From sequence record KY794643.1: 64,000 nucleotides of DNA; one strand, written 5' to 3'. The DNA comes from Staphylococcus phage vB_Sau_S24. Shown one piece after another: positions 1 to 10,445 of this stretch (within the stretch, counting starts at the first letter, position 1; each line of letters opens with the position of its first letter). The translations under genes were made by a program, and so were the position numbers. The notes under the pieces were generated by a model, which was not told the origin of the DNA, ran no database searches, and saw only the letters and a list, made by a program, of their open reading frames with translations.

Positions 1-1465
1 GTATCAGTATAACCTTTACCAAATGGCGTTAGAAGAGCATGAGAAGAAGCCAAAGGAAAGAGACAAAGATATTCATCAGTATAGAGATAAGTTTAAAGAT
101 GGTAAATGGATGTTTTCTCCTAGTTCAGGAGACCATAAAGGTAGAGTAATTTATGATATTCTAGGAATTCAATTACCTTATGATAAAGAGTATGTTAAAG
201 AAAAACCATTTAACGCTAATGTTAAAGAAGCAGACCTTACTTGGCAGGATTATAAAACAGATAAGAAAGCTATTGGTTATGCATTAGATAACTTAGATTT
301 AAAGGATGACGTTAAAGAACTTCTTGAATTACTTAAATACCATGCTAGTATGCAGACAAAACGTAATTCATTTACTAAGAAATTACCTAATATGATTAAT
401 AAACAAAAGAGAACATTACACGGTTCTTTCTCTGAGACAGGTACAGAGACATCACGATTAAGTAGTAGTAACCCTAACTTACAAAACTTACCGGCACATA
501 CATCAGATGTAAATAAATTTGATTATAAACACCCTATTAAACGTTCATTTGTTTCTAGATTTGAAAATGGGGTATTACTAGGAGCCGACTATAGTGCCCT
601 AGAGATGCGTATTATTGGATTATTTACTAAAGACCCTGATATGTTACAATCGTTCCTAAACGGAGAAGATATCCATAAAGCTACTGCAAGTATTGTTTAT
701 AATAAACCCGTAGAAGAAGTAACTAAAGAAGAAAGACAAGCAACAAAAGCAGTAAACTTTGGATTAGCCTTCGGTGAATCACCCTTCTCATTTGCAGGTA
801 AAAATAATATGGAAGTAAGTGAAGCAGAAGAAATCTTTGAAAAATATTTCCAAACAAAACCAAGTGTAAAAACTTCTATTGACAGTGTACATGAATTTGT
901 GCAACAATATGGTTATGTTGATACAATGCACGGACACAGAAGATTTATCCGTTCAGCTCAATCAACAGATAAGAAGATAAAAAATGAAGGTCTAAGACAA
1001 TCATTTAATACGATTATCCAAGGTTCAGGTAGTTTCTTAACAAATATGTCTTTAACTTACTTAGATGACTTTATTCAGTCTCGTAACTTGAAATCAAAAG
1101 TTATTGCCACAGTACACGATAGTATCTTAATTGATTGTCCTCCTGAAGAGGCTAAAATTATGGCTAAAGTGACACTTCATATCATGGAAAATTTACCGTT
1201 TGATTTCTTAAAAGCAGAAATTGATGGGAAAAAGGTACAATATCCAATTGAAGCTGATATGGAAATTGGTTTAAATTATAATGACATGGTTGAATACGAT
1301 GAAGAAGAAATAGATACATTTAATTCTTACCAAGGTTATATTAAGTACATGATGAACTTACAAACACTAGAAGACTATAAAGAGTCAGGTAAACTGACTG
1401 ATGAACAATTTGAAAAGGCTACTAGTGTAGTTAAAGGTGAGAAATCTATCTATCAAGAAATTTAA
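1..1465 (+). CDS. DNA polymerase, family A (PolI-like), C-terminal part; 5' end lies outside the window (frame open from base 2)
   Basis: Pol A motifs are present: motif A (DYSALEMRI), motif B (RQATKAVNFGLAFG) and motif C (VHDSILID). The reading frame is open to the window edge. Confidence 0.85.
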   Translation, partial: YQYNLYQMALEEHEKKPKERDKDIHQYRDKFKDGKWMFSPSSGDHKGRVIYDILGIQLPYDKEYVKEKPFNANVKEADLTWQDYKTDKKAIGYALDNLDLKDDVKELLELLKYHASMQTKRNSFTKKLPNMINKQKRTLHGSFSETGTETSRLSSSNPNLQNLPAHTSDVNKFDYKHPIKRSFVSRFENGVLLGADYSALEMRIIGLFTKDPDMLQSFLNGEDIHKATASIVYNKPVEEVTKEERQATKAVNFGLAFGESPFSFAGKNNMEVSEAEEIFEKYFQTKPSVKTSIDSVHEFVQQYGYVDTMHGHRRFIRSAQSTDKKIKNEGLRQSFNTIIQGSGSFLTNMSLTYLDDFIQSRNLKSKVIATVHDSILIDCPPEEAKIMAKVTLHIMENLPFDFLKAEIDGKKVQYPIEADMEIGLNYNDMVEYDEEEIDTFNSYQGYIKYMMNLQTLEDYKESGKLTDEQFEKATSVVKGEKSIYQEI

Positions 1466-1535
1466 AAAAAAGTATTGACAATATGTTTAACTTATGTTAT
1501 ACTAATTAAGTAGTAAAGATAAGGAGGAAAAAACA

Positions 1536-1778
1536 ATGAATACAGGAGAAATTAGATTTAATCGTTCCTTAGATGAATGGATTATAACAAGTATGTACCA
1601 GGATGAATTAGGTGAAATGAATATTGTTATTACATTCTATAATAAGGAAGAAAATAAACATGGCTCTATGGTTTTACCAACAGAGTCATCTACTGGGGAA
1701 GTAGCAAAAGAATTAGAAAGTATTGAAGAGGAATATCCTTTAGCTTTACCCTTAAACAGTATTTCAGTTAATATTTAA
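1536..1778 (+). CDS. hypothetical protein (80 aa)
   Basis: ATG preceded by AAGGAGGAAAAAAC, in a compact + strand operon. Confidence 0.6.
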   Translation: MNTGEIRFNRSLDEWIITSMYQDELGEMNIVITFYNKEENKHGSMVLPTESSTGEVAKELESIEEEYPLALPLNSISVNI

Positions 1779-1794
1779 AAGGAGGAACTGGTAA

Positions 1795-2277
1795 ATGGAA
1801 ATACACATTGATTCCCTGGATTTTACAAATTTTACTATTAAAGATAGAAACGGGAACTCACAGGAGTTTGATATCACAGATGAATTAAAGATTACAGAGT
1901 ATACAATACAAGAGGACTTTATGCAACAATCAGCTAAGTATGCTTTTTGGGCTTCTATATTAGAGAAGGTTAGAGCATATTCTGAAATGGAGCAACGAAA
2001 CCTAGAAACAATTGGTAGTAAGCTAAACCTTACAATTAGACAAGAATACGAACAACAAGGTAAAAAACCTACTAAAGATATGATTGAGTCTAGTGTATAC
2101 ATTCATGACTCTTACCAACAACAGCTTAAAGTTGTTGAGGCTTGGAATTATAAAGTTAAACAACTTCAATATGTTGTAAAAGCTTTTGAGACTAGACGTG
2201 ACATGATGATTCAATTAGGTGCAGAATTACGACAAACAAATAAAAACGGTGGAATTACTAATCCGTTTTCACATTAA
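1795..2277 (+). CDS. hypothetical protein (160 aa)
   Basis: RBS AAGGAGGAA 8 nt upstream of the ATG. Confidence 0.6.
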   Translation: MEIHIDSLDFTNFTIKDRNGNSQEFDITDELKITEYTIQEDFMQQSAKYAFWASILEKVRAYSEMEQRNLETIGSKLNLTIRQEYEQQGKKPTKDMIESSVYIHDSYQQQLKVVEAWNYKVKQLQYVVKAFETRRDMMIQLGAELRQTNKNGGITNPFSH

Positions 2278-2299
2278 AAAATAAATTAAAAAAATATAA

Positions 2300-2328
2300 T
2301 TGACAAATACAAAAAACTATGTTATAAT
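2300..2328 (+). promoter_or_regulatory. sigma-A-type promoter, TTGACA-N17-TATAAT
   Basis: TTGACA at 2300-2305 and TATAAT at 2323-2328 with exactly 17 bp between them, upstream of the 2365 gene. Confidence 0.55.
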
Positions 2329-2364
2329 AAATAAGTAAATTAATTAAAAGGAGAAAAGATAATT

Positions 2365-3543
2365 ATGGATTTCAATCAATTTATTAACAATGAGGCAAGC
2401 AAATTAGAAAGCAGTAACAGTTCTTTTAACAACAATGTAGAGAGCTATAAACCTAAAAACCCTGTATTACGATTAGGTAATATTAAAGATGCAAACGGAA
2501 ATAAAGTTACTAAAGAAAATGCTTTTGTACGAGTATTACCACCTGCACAAGGAACAAATGTTTTCTTTAAAGAATTTAGAACATCAGGAATTAACTACTC
2601 TAAGAAAGATGGTTCTCAAGGGTTCACAGGACTAACATTACCTGCAGAACAAGGTTCATCGGTACTTGACCCTTACATTGATAACTGGATAGCAAATGGT
2701 GTTCAGTTCAGTAGATTCCCTAATAAACCTGCAGTACGTTATTACATTCATGTTATTGAATACTTTAATAATAACGGACAAATTCAACCTAAGACAGACT
2801 CACAAGGTAATATCGTTATTCAACCGATGGAATTATCTAACACAGGTTATAAAGAGCTATTAGCAAACCTTAAAGATACTATGTTAAAACCATCACCTAA
2901 CGCACCTCATAGCTTTATTTCAGCAAATGAAGCATTCTTAGTTAATATTGCTAAAGCTAAAAAAGGTGAAATGTCATGGAAAGTTAGTGTTTATCCTAAT
3001 GCTCCTCTTGGTGCATTACCTCAAGGATGGGAACAACAATTATCTGACTTAGAGAAATTAGCACAACCTACAGAAGAACAAAACCCTAACTTTGTTAACT
3101 TCTTAATCAATAACGTTAATAACACAGAGTTAAGTCATGATAACTTTAAGTTTAACCGTGAGACAAATGTCTTAGGTGAAGAGCCTTCAGCACCTAAACA
3201 AGAGCCTACACAACAGGATATAGATAGTCAGATTCCAAGTAATATTGGCGGACAACAACAGGCTCCTGTACAGTCACAGCAACCACAACAACAACAACAA
3301 GGTAATGTTGATTGGAACAACTTAGCTCAACAACAATCACAGCCTGACTCAAACCCTTTCAATGACTTTGATGTAAGTAGTATTGATGATGTACAAGTAC
3401 CTTTCGATACTCAATATCAAAATACACAACAAGCACCTGAACCACAACCTGAACCACAACAAACTACTCAGGAGCCTCCAAAACAAAAAAAAGAACAAAG
3501 TATTGACGATGTATTAGGGAGTTTAGATTTAGATAACCTATAA
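2365..3543 (+). CDS. hypothetical protein with a Q/P-rich linker and acidic C-terminal tail; possible ssDNA-binding protein
   Basis: Strong RBS. The C-terminus is low-complexity (QQPQQQQQ, PEPQPEPQQ) and ends in an acidic tail (IDDVLGSLDLDNL) like those of phage SSBs. It sits directly upstream of the UvsX/RecA-like gene. The functional call is weak. Confidence 0.5.
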   Translation: MDFNQFINNEASKLESSNSSFNNNVESYKPKNPVLRLGNIKDANGNKVTKENAFVRVLPPAQGTNVFFKEFRTSGINYSKKDGSQGFTGLTLPAEQGSSVLDPYIDNWIANGVQFSRFPNKPAVRYYIHVIEYFNNNGQIQPKTDSQGNIVIQPMELSNTGYKELLANLKDTMLKPSPNAPHSFISANEAFLVNIAKAKKGEMSWKVSVYPNAPLGALPQGWEQQLSDLEKLAQPTEEQNPNFVNFLINNVNNTELSHDNFKFNRETNVLGEEPSAPKQEPTQQDIDSQIPSNIGGQQQAPVQSQQPQQQQQGNVDWNNLAQQQSQPDSNPFNDFDVSSIDDVQVPFDTQYQNTQQAPEPQPEPQQTTQEPPKQKKEQSIDDVLGSLDLDNL

Positions 3544-3602
3544 GATATAGAGTGCTTTAGAGCACTCTTTTATTTAAGATATAATTACTAGGAGGATATT
3601 AA

Positions 3603-4859
3603 ATGGCAAGAGCAAAAAAAGGTAAAGAAGTAGATTTAACAGATTTAAATACAATTGATTTAGGTAAAGAATTAGGATTAACATTATTATCAGATACAAA
3701 TAGAGCAGATATTAAGAATATTATACCGACAATGGTTCCTCAGTATGACTATATTTTAGGTGGAGGTATTCCATTAGGTAGATTAACTGAGGTTTACGGT
3801 TTAACTGGTAGTGGTAAATCAACATTTGCGGTTCACTTATCTAGAATTGCAACACAATTAGGTGTTATTACTATTTGGATTGATATTGAAGGAACAGCAG
3901 ATAATAATCGTATGGAACAACTTGGAGTAGATGTTTCGAAACTGTTCTCTATTCAATCAGGAGAAGGTAGACTTAAAAATACAGTAGAGCTATCTGTAGA
4001 ATCTGTAGGTAAAGAATTAGAGTACTGGATTGACACCTTTAATGAGAAGATACCTGGAGTACCTATTGTGTTTATTTGGGACTCATTAGGAGCTACACGA
4101 ACTCAGAAAGAGATTGATGGCGGTATTGATGAGAAACAAATGGGTCTTAAAGCATCAGCTACTCAAAAAGTAATTAATGCAGTAACACCTAAATTAAATG
4201 ATACAAATACAGGGTTAATTGTTATTAACCAAGCACGAGACGATATGAATGCAGGTATGTGGGGTGACCCTATTAAGTCTACGGGTGGTAGAGCTTTTGA
4301 GCATAGTGCTAGTTTACGTATTAAAGTTCATCAAGCTTCTAAATTAAAACAGAAAAGTGAATTAACTGGTAAAGATGAATATCACGGTCATATTATGCGT
4401 ATTGAAACTAAGAAATCTAAACTATCTAGACCAGGACAAAAAGCAGAAGCAGACTTACTATCTGATTATATGGTAGGTAAAGACGATGACCCTATCTTAT
4501 TAAACGGTATTGACTTAGAACATACTGTATATAAAGAAGCAGTTGAGAGAGGTTTAATTACTAAAGGTGCATGGAGAAACTATGTTACATTGAATGGTGA
4601 GGAAATTAAACTTAGAGATGCTGAATGGGTACCTGTATTAAAAGATAATAGAGAGTTATATTTAGAGTTATTCAGTAGAGTATATGGAGAACATTTCCCT
4701 AATGGATACTCACCATTGCTTAATAACAAAGTAATTGTAACTCAACTAGAAGAGTATCAAGCATTAGAGAATTATTACGAAGAATGGGCTACAAATAATA
4801 AACAGGAAGAACAAGAGGAAGAACCAAAAGGAGAATCTCAAGAAAAGGATTCTGAATAA
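3603..4859 (+). CDS. RecA/UvsX-like recombinase
   Basis: Walker A motif GLTGSGKST, a RecA-like core of about 330 aa and an acidic C-terminal tail. RBS TAGGAGGAT. Confidence 0.85.
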   Translation: MARAKKGKEVDLTDLNTIDLGKELGLTLLSDTNRADIKNIIPTMVPQYDYILGGGIPLGRLTEVYGLTGSGKSTFAVHLSRIATQLGVITIWIDIEGTADNNRMEQLGVDVSKLFSIQSGEGRLKNTVELSVESVGKELEYWIDTFNEKIPGVPIVFIWDSLGATRTQKEIDGGIDEKQMGLKASATQKVINAVTPKLNDTNTGLIVINQARDDMNAGMWGDPIKSTGGRAFEHSASLRIKVHQASKLKQKSELTGKDEYHGHIMRIETKKSKLSRPGQKAEADLLSDYMVGKDDDPILLNGIDLEHTVYKEAVERGLITKGAWRNYVTLNGEEIKLRDAEWVPVLKDNRELYLELFSRVYGEHFPNGYSPLLNNKVIVTQLEEYQALENYYEEWATNNKQEEQEEEPKGESQEKDSE

Positions 4860-4862
4860 TAG

Positions 4863-5216
4863 ATGGATAATTTAATAGATAAAAACATGAATCAGGTAAA
4901 AGAATCTTTGGGGAATGCAAATTCCTCAGATGTTCTTCCTTTACCTTATAAAAACATAGCAAAGAAATTTGAAGAAGTAAAAGAAAAAGGTGAATCAATT
5001 ATCATTGAAGAAGGTGGATTCCCTTATACAGATTCTACAGTGATGTATATAGAACATGTAACAGATAGATGGGCAGGAGGATACTCCTTAATCAGACATG
5101 AAGGTGAAGAGGTTAAAGTACCTAAAACTATCCATTTCTCTGATATATATGTTAAAGATAAATCACATAAAGTAAGAATAATCTTCGAGGGGGCTAATCC
5201 TTATGAAGAAAGCTAA
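4863..5216 (+). CDS. hypothetical protein (117 aa)
   Basis: ORF in the operon; the RBS is weak. Confidence 0.45.
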   Translation: MDNLIDKNMNQVKESLGNANSSDVLPLPYKNIAKKFEEVKEKGESIIIEEGGFPYTDSTVMYIEHVTDRWAGGYSLIRHEGEEVKVPKTIHFSDIYVKDKSHKVRIIFEGANPYEES

Positions 5217-5865
5217 CAATGGTAATAGATATGTAATAGATATAGATGGTATCCCTGTTGACTTTGAAAGAGACTTAGATAGTTTACTTAATAGATATAA
5301 AAACCTTAGATGGGCATTGTACCATAGATATGCAGGTATTTTATCTAATGACTTTGAAAGACAAGAATTAAGAGAATACATTGATGAGCAATTTATTAAA
5401 CTAGTTAAAGAATATAATATTAGAAGTAAAGTAGATTTCCCTGGATACATTAAAGCTAAACTAACTTTAAGAGTTCAGAATAGCTATGTTAAGAAGAATG
5501 AAAAATACAAACGTACTGAAATTATAGGTAAAAAAGATTATACAGTAGAGTCCTTGACTGAGGATTTAAATGAGGACTTTGAGGATAATCAAATTATGAG
5601 TTATGTATTTGATGATATAGAGTTTACAGAAGTTCAAAGTGAACTACTTAAAGAATTACTTATTAACCCTGAAAGAGAAGATGATGCTTTTATCGTTTCT
5701 CAAGTAGCGGAGAAGTTTGATATGAAGAGAAAAGAAGTAGCAAGTGAATTGACAGAATTAAGAGATTATGTTAGATTTAAAATAAATGCATACCATGAGT
5801 ACTATGCAAAGAAAGAATTAAATAACCATAGAGTTAATACTGAAAATCATATTTGGGAAAACTAG
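5203..5865 (+). CDS. putative sigma-factor-like / transcription regulator (220 aa)
   Basis: RBS GAGGGGG. Helical protein with an HTH-like segment near the C-terminus (SQVAEKFDMKRKEVASELTELRDYV). In Twort-like phages a sigma-like gene follows the recombinase gene. The function is inferred from position. Confidence 0.45.
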   Translation: MKKANNGNRYVIDIDGIPVDFERDLDSLLNRYKNLRWALYHRYAGILSNDFERQELREYIDEQFIKLVKEYNIRSKVDFPGYIKAKLTLRVQNSYVKKNEKYKRTEIIGKKDYTVESLTEDLNEDFEDNQIMSYVFDDIEFTEVQSELLKELLINPEREDDAFIVSQVAEKFDMKRKEVASELTELRDYVRFKINAYHEYYAKKELNNHRVNTENHIWEN

Positions 5866-5991
5866 TTACGGTGCCTTCCTTGTGTTATATTATTATCGAG
5901 AATTCAATAATAAAGCATAGGGAAGGCTTTTTCTATGTCTTATAGAATGCTTTAAAATAGATTACTAAAATAAAGATTGGAGATTAAGCTT

Positions 5992-6624
5992 ATGGCTAAA
6001 AAGAATGTTAATGATGTATTACAGCAAGAATCTGTTACAGTAGCAGATAAATATTTACAAGTTAAGGTTAACCGTGACGGTTATACTCGTACACATGAAG
6101 GACAATATGCGTACAAAGTAGTTTCAGAGGGAGAAGAGTTATTCTTATACCCTGTACAAACAGATGGTAAAGGTGTACTAAATATTATGAAGAAATCACC
6201 TATTGCTTACACTGATGGAGACAACATCCATTTTGTAGTAAACACAGTAGTAGACCCTTATAATCACTCATTTATCCGTACTGAAGATATTAAAGGATTA
6301 GATAAAGGTAAACAACTTATTCAAGCTTTCTTAGCTTTCGTTGAAGACCGTTTCAAATTTGGTGTTTATAACGTATTTGTTGCAAATAACAAAGAAGATG
6401 TATTATCTATTGTAGACCCTACAGATAATGATGCAGATGAAGTTAAAGATAGCTTAAAACATGCACATGAAGATGTAATTGCGGATTTCCCTGCTAGTCC
6501 TGCTCGTAAGGACGTTAAAGGTGTAGATTCAGGAGAAGGTCAAGGAGATACTTCAGAACCATCAACACCTGAGAACGTTCAAGTTACTCCTACAGAAGAC
6601 GGAGCAGACGTAACAGCAGAATAA
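5992..6624 (+). CDS. hypothetical protein (about 210 aa); the ATG start is downstream of the TTG used in the ORF track
   Basis: GGAG lies 9 nt upstream of ATG 5992. A long-loop terminator hairpin (5871-5925) precedes it. Confidence 0.55.
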   Translation: MAKKNVNDVLQQESVTVADKYLQVKVNRDGYTRTHEGQYAYKVVSEGEELFLYPVQTDGKGVLNIMKKSPIAYTDGDNIHFVVNTVVDPYNHSFIRTEDIKGLDKGKQLIQAFLAFVEDRFKFGVYNVFVANNKEDVLSIVDPTDNDADEVKDSLKHAHEDVIADFPASPARKDVKGVDSGEGQGDTSEPSTPENVQVTPTEDGADVTAE

Positions 6625-6636
6625 TATAGACAAAGG

Positions 6637-7158
6637 ATGGTAAATTTGGCTAAGTTAAATTTATACAAAGGTAATGACTTACTAGACAGCGTAGAGAAAA
6701 CAGAAGGAAAATCAACTATTACTATTGAAGGATTAGAGGCTAATACAGACTACCCTGCAGGAACATACCAGGTCTCTTTTTCTAACACATCAGGAGAATC
6801 AGAAAAGGTAGATGTACCCCAGTTCAAGACTGATGCTATTGGTGTTGCTTCGGTAACACTAGACGTTGAAAGTTTAGACTTAACAATTGGGGATACACAT
6901 CAGCTACAAGCTACAGTAGCCCCAAGTAATGCTTCTAATAGTAATGTATCTTTTAGTTCTGATGCAGAAGCTGTTGCTACTGTATCAGCTAGTGGATTAG
7001 TTGAAGCCATTACAGCAGGTACAGCTAATATTACAGTAACTACTGAAGATGGAAGTTTTACAGATGCTGTTGCTGTAACAGTTAAGGAACCTATTCCTGA
7101 AGCACCTGCAGATGTAACAGTAGACCCTGGTGAAACTACTGCAGATATTATCGTATAG
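6637..7158 (+). CDS. Ig-like (Big_2) domain protein
   Basis: Big_2-like segment (LTIGDTHQLQATVAPSNASNSNVSFSSDAEAVATVSASGLVEAITAGTANITVTTEDG) plus an N-terminal FN3/Ig-like module. Confidence 0.7.
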   Translation: MVNLAKLNLYKGNDLLDSVEKTEGKSTITIEGLEANTDYPAGTYQVSFSNTSGESEKVDVPQFKTDAIGVASVTLDVESLDLTIGDTHQLQATVAPSNASNSNVSFSSDAEAVATVSASGLVEAITAGTANITVTTEDGSFTDAVAVTVKEPIPEAPADVTVDPGETTADIIV

Positions 7159-7172
7159 GAGGATAACTAAGA

Positions 7173-7406
7173 ATGGAAAAAACATTAAAAGTTTATAGTA
7201 ACGGAGAAGTTGTAGGCTCACAAGTTGCTAATACTGAAGGAGCTACTACAGTTTCTATCACAGGACTAGAAGCAGGGACAACATACCCTGCAGGGACTTT
7301 TAAAGTAGCATTTGCTAATGACTCAGGTGAGTCAGACCAAGTAGATGTCCCTGAATTCACAACAACTACACCTGAACCTGCTCCTGAGGGAGAGACAGGA
7401 GTATAA
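7173..7406 (+). CDS. small Ig/FN3-like protein, paralogous to the N-terminal module of the 6637 protein
   Basis: NTEGATTVSITGLEAGTTYPAGTFKVAFANDSGESDQVDVPEF aligns with KTEGKSTITIEGLEANTDYPAGTYQVSFSNTSGESEKVDVPQF. Confidence 0.6.
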   Translation: MEKTLKVYSNGEVVGSQVANTEGATTVSITGLEAGTTYPAGTFKVAFANDSGESDQVDVPEFTTTTPEPAPEGETGV

Positions 7407-7413
7407 AAGATTA

Positions 7414-7443
7414 AGACCAACTAAAAAAGTTGGTCTTTTTTTA
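7414..7443 (+). terminator. rho-independent terminator
   Basis: Hairpin AGACCAACT-AAAAA-AGTTGGTCT followed by T7. Confidence 0.75.
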
Positions 7444-7444
7444 T

Positions 7445-7475
7445 TGACAATATACTTATCCTGTGTTACACTGTA
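7445..7475 (+). promoter_or_regulatory. promoter placed directly after the terminator (TTGACA-N17-TACACT)
   Basis: TTGACA at 7445-7450. Confidence 0.45.
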
Positions 7476-7502
7476 TAAGAATTAAGAAAAGGAGGGAAAG
7501 TA

Positions 7503-7763
7503 ATGGATATTCCAACAATATTATTTAGAAATCCATATGATTACACAAAAGTAAAAAAATTAATGGAAAGCAAAGAGCAATACATTGTAGTAAAGTTTGA
7601 TTCAGTTTCTGTTCATAACTTAAATGTTCAAGGTATGATGAATGTTATTCAAGATTACCTACACATCTACGGTTACAGAGTTAAAGAATACGGGCAAGAA
7701 AATGCTTCTAAAGATGATGAAAGAGACGTTAAAGGTTACTTATACGAAAGAGTAGGTGACTAA
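7503..7763 (+). CDS. hypothetical protein (86 aa)
   Basis: RBS AAGGAGGGAAAG. Confidence 0.55.
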   Translation: MDIPTILFRNPYDYTKVKKLMESKEQYIVVKFDSVSVHNLNVQGMMNVIQDYLHIYGYRVKEYGQENASKDDERDVKGYLYERVGD

Positions 7764-7766
7764 GCT

Positions 7767-8522
7767 ATGTATATTATAGTAAATGATAATCATATACAGT
7801 CAGATACATTAGACGATTACAGTGGCTTCTTTGATGTATTAAAGGTAGACACTTTTGAGCAAGGACTACTACAGATAGAAGATGAACCTACGATTTTAGC
7901 CGGATTTATTTATGATGGTTACACATACAATAATGTTATTAAGTCCTACCCTGATATTGGAGATTACATTAAGAATAATGATATCTATTATGCAACAGAT
8001 ATCGGAATACTGCCTGATACATTTATTACTGTTACCTCAGAGAAAAAACATTATTCACTATTACAACAGATAGAGGAAATAACTAAAGAGGAACTTCCTA
8101 ATTGGGTAATCGAAGATTCAAAAGATTTAACTAGGTATTATAACTTTCAAGATTTTGAAGATGTATTTGATTTAAATAGTTTTTATAAAAAAGAAGTTGA
8201 CACAGTAAAAGAAAAGTGCTATACTAATGGTAATGTATATTTATTATATGAAGTTCTGCCGGACTATAAACTACCTTTAGCCTATAGGTTACTTGAAGAT
8301 AAGGAACATGGTATTGTTATTATAGGTTCACAGACACGTTCTAATAATGATATACTGACTTTTTATGTTAAAGGTATGGACGTTAAGGCAATAGCTAATA
8401 TGTTTAATGTAGAGCATGACTATGACTCTAACATATTCCATACATTCATAAATAGTCACATTAACATTTTAGGAAATCAAATAACTAAGTTTATAAAAGA
8501 GAAAGGAAGCAGTTATGAGTAA
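7767..8522 (+). CDS. hypothetical protein (251 aa)
   Basis: ORF in the operon with a GGTGA RBS. Confidence 0.55.
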   Translation: MYIIVNDNHIQSDTLDDYSGFFDVLKVDTFEQGLLQIEDEPTILAGFIYDGYTYNNVIKSYPDIGDYIKNNDIYYATDIGILPDTFITVTSEKKHYSLLQQIEEITKEELPNWVIEDSKDLTRYYNFQDFEDVFDLNSFYKKEVDTVKEKCYTNGNVYLLYEVLPDYKLPLAYRLLEDKEHGIVIIGSQTRSNNDILTFYVKGMDVKAIANMFNVEHDYDSNIFHTFINSHINILGNQITKFIKEKGSSYE

Positions 8523-9765
8523 ATATAAAACAATAGAAGAAGTACAAGCAGTTATTATCGGAGTATTATTTAAGGATGAGGGTAAAATTGTAACATCCAA
8601 GTTTAATAAAATTACTAAAGAGTTTGGTTTAGATAGAATAGGTAAAGATGACCTTAAGGAAATTGTAGAAGATATTAGACAAGATGAATATCTAAACGAA
8701 CTTAAAAACAAAGCAATTAAAGGTAAAGTAACATTAGGTGACTTAAAAGATGTTGCAGATAATCAAGTATTCGAAGGTAATAACTACCATGAAGAAGTAT
8801 CTACTTATGTAGTAGCTAAAGAAAAAGAACTATCTCACTTAAGAGAACAACGTAAGCACAATAGGCATACCGCATATCCTCAAATTATGTTTGATGAACT
8901 TAAAGAACATATGGTTAAAGAATTACAGGGAGAAACATTAGTAGAGCATCATGGAAGTAAAGCTAATATTAATGACACAGAATTAATTGTATTACTATCA
9001 GATTTCCACATTGGAAGTATTGTATCTGATATGACTAATGGTAAATATGATTTTGAAGTATTAAAGTCAAGACTAAATCACTTTATTGATACAACAATTA
9101 AAGAGATTGAGGACAGAGATATTTCTAATGTAACTGTTTACTTTGTAGGTGACTTAGTAGAACATATCAACATGAGAGATGTTAACCAAGCATTTGAAAC
9201 AGAGTTTACTTTAGCAGAACAAATCTCTAAAGGTACTCGATTACTTATTGATATCCTAAATGTACTTTCTGATGTAGTTACAGGTGAATTAAGATTTGGT
9301 ATTATCGGCGGTAATCATGACCGTATGCAAGGTAATAAGAACCAAAAGATTTACAATGATAATATTGCTTATGTAGTACTAGATTCTTTACTACTATTTC
9401 AAGAGCAAGGGTTATTAAACGGTGTAGATATTATTGATAATCGTGAAGATATTTACACTATTAGAGATACCTTTGGTGGTAAATCTATTATCATTAACCA
9501 TGGTGACGGCTTAAAAGGTAAAGGTAACCATATTAATAAATTTATCTTAGATAGTCATATTGATTTACTAATTACAGGTCATGTACACCATTTCTCAGTA
9601 AAACAAGAAGATTTTAATAGAATGCATATTGTAGCTTCATCACCAATGGGTTATAATAACTATGCTAAAGAATTACACCTATCAAAAACTAAACCGTCTC
9701 AACAACTGTTATTTGTAAATAAAGAGAATAAAGATATTGATATTAAAACAGTATTTTTAGATTAA
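8515..9765 (+). CDS. calcineurin-like metallophosphoesterase (possibly an SbcD/Mre11-type nuclease) with an N-terminal extension of about 150 aa
   Basis: Ordered motifs DFHIG, GDLVEH, GGNHD, NHGDG and GHVHH. Confidence 0.7.
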   Translation: MSKYKTIEEVQAVIIGVLFKDEGKIVTSKFNKITKEFGLDRIGKDDLKEIVEDIRQDEYLNELKNKAIKGKVTLGDLKDVADNQVFEGNNYHEEVSTYVVAKEKELSHLREQRKHNRHTAYPQIMFDELKEHMVKELQGETLVEHHGSKANINDTELIVLLSDFHIGSIVSDMTNGKYDFEVLKSRLNHFIDTTIKEIEDRDISNVTVYFVGDLVEHINMRDVNQAFETEFTLAEQISKGTRLLIDILNVLSDVVTGELRFGIIGGNHDRMQGNKNQKIYNDNIAYVVLDSLLLFQEQGLLNGVDIIDNREDIYTIRDTFGGKSIIINHGDGLKGKGNHINKFILDSHIDLLITGHVHHFSVKQEDFNRMHIVASSPMGYNNYAKELHLSKTKPSQQLLFVNKENKDIDIKTVFLD

Positions 9766-9778
9766 GGATGATTAACAA

Positions 9779-10147
9779 ATGGATACAATATTTATTATAA
9801 GTGTAGCATTTATTACTTTTGCTACATTTAATATAATTTTTAGATTGTTTGATTTATGGACTACAGAGAAGAAAATGGTAAGTCAAGGACAACCACCACT
9901 AAGTAATTTTGAGTACTATCATGTGATAGTACCTTACTTAGTAGGAGTAATTGTTATTATACTAAGTATTATTTTTAGAGATTCCTTGTATTCTGCACAG
10001 TCAGGATTTGGTGTTATTATTACAAGCTTTATTTATATGCTAGTTTATGTTATGATTGGTCTTGTAGGGTCATTTATACTTACAATATTCCAAGCTAGAA
10101 AAGCTAGACAGTACCAAACACAGGAGGATAATAATGAAGTTCAATGA
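9779..10147 (+). CDS. small membrane protein (122 aa, 3-4 TM)
   Basis: Hydrophobic helices. Confidence 0.55.
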   Translation: MDTIFIISVAFITFATFNIIFRLFDLWTTEKKMVSQGQPPLSNFEYYHVIVPYLVGVIVIILSIIFRDSLYSAQSGFGVIITSFIYMLVYVMIGLVGSFILTIFQARKARQYQTQEDNNEVQ

Positions 10148-10445
10148 TATTTATGAGCAACTAATTAAAAATGATACAGTACAGAACATTCATGAATCTC
10201 AAGATGATAAAGGAAATATTTATACGATACAGTTTGATAAAGGTAACGATAAGTATTTATTTAATATCATTAATGATGGTTTCTTGAAAGAAATGACAGG
10301 TGGTATGGTAGACCATCCTGAAGGTCAGCCATACTCGGTAAGTTTAATTAATAAGGAAACACCTAGTATGTCAGTGAAACAATATTTAACAGATGTAGAA
10401 GATATTGTACCTACTATTAGAAAAATGGAAAAGGATTTCTTATAG
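10134..10445 (+). CDS. hypothetical protein (103 aa)
   Basis: RBS CAGGAGGAT. Confidence 0.55.
   Translation: MKFNDIYEQLIKNDTVQNIHESQDDKGNIYTIQFDKGNDKYLFNIINDGFLKEMTGGMVDHPEGQPYSVSLINKETPSMSVKQYLTDVEDIVPTIRKMEKDFL

Noticed and set aside
1764-2214. - strand ORFs 1764..2102 and 2023..2214
   Set aside because: They run antisense to well-supported + strand genes, have a low-complexity composition and no RBS. They are artefacts of the AT-rich complement.
4789-8711. - strand ORFs 4789..4998, 5163..5450, 6997..7221, 7193..7420 and 8469..8711
   Set aside because: They are embedded in, and antisense to, + strand genes with good RBSs. Their products are hydrophobic and low-complexity, which is typical of shadow ORFs.
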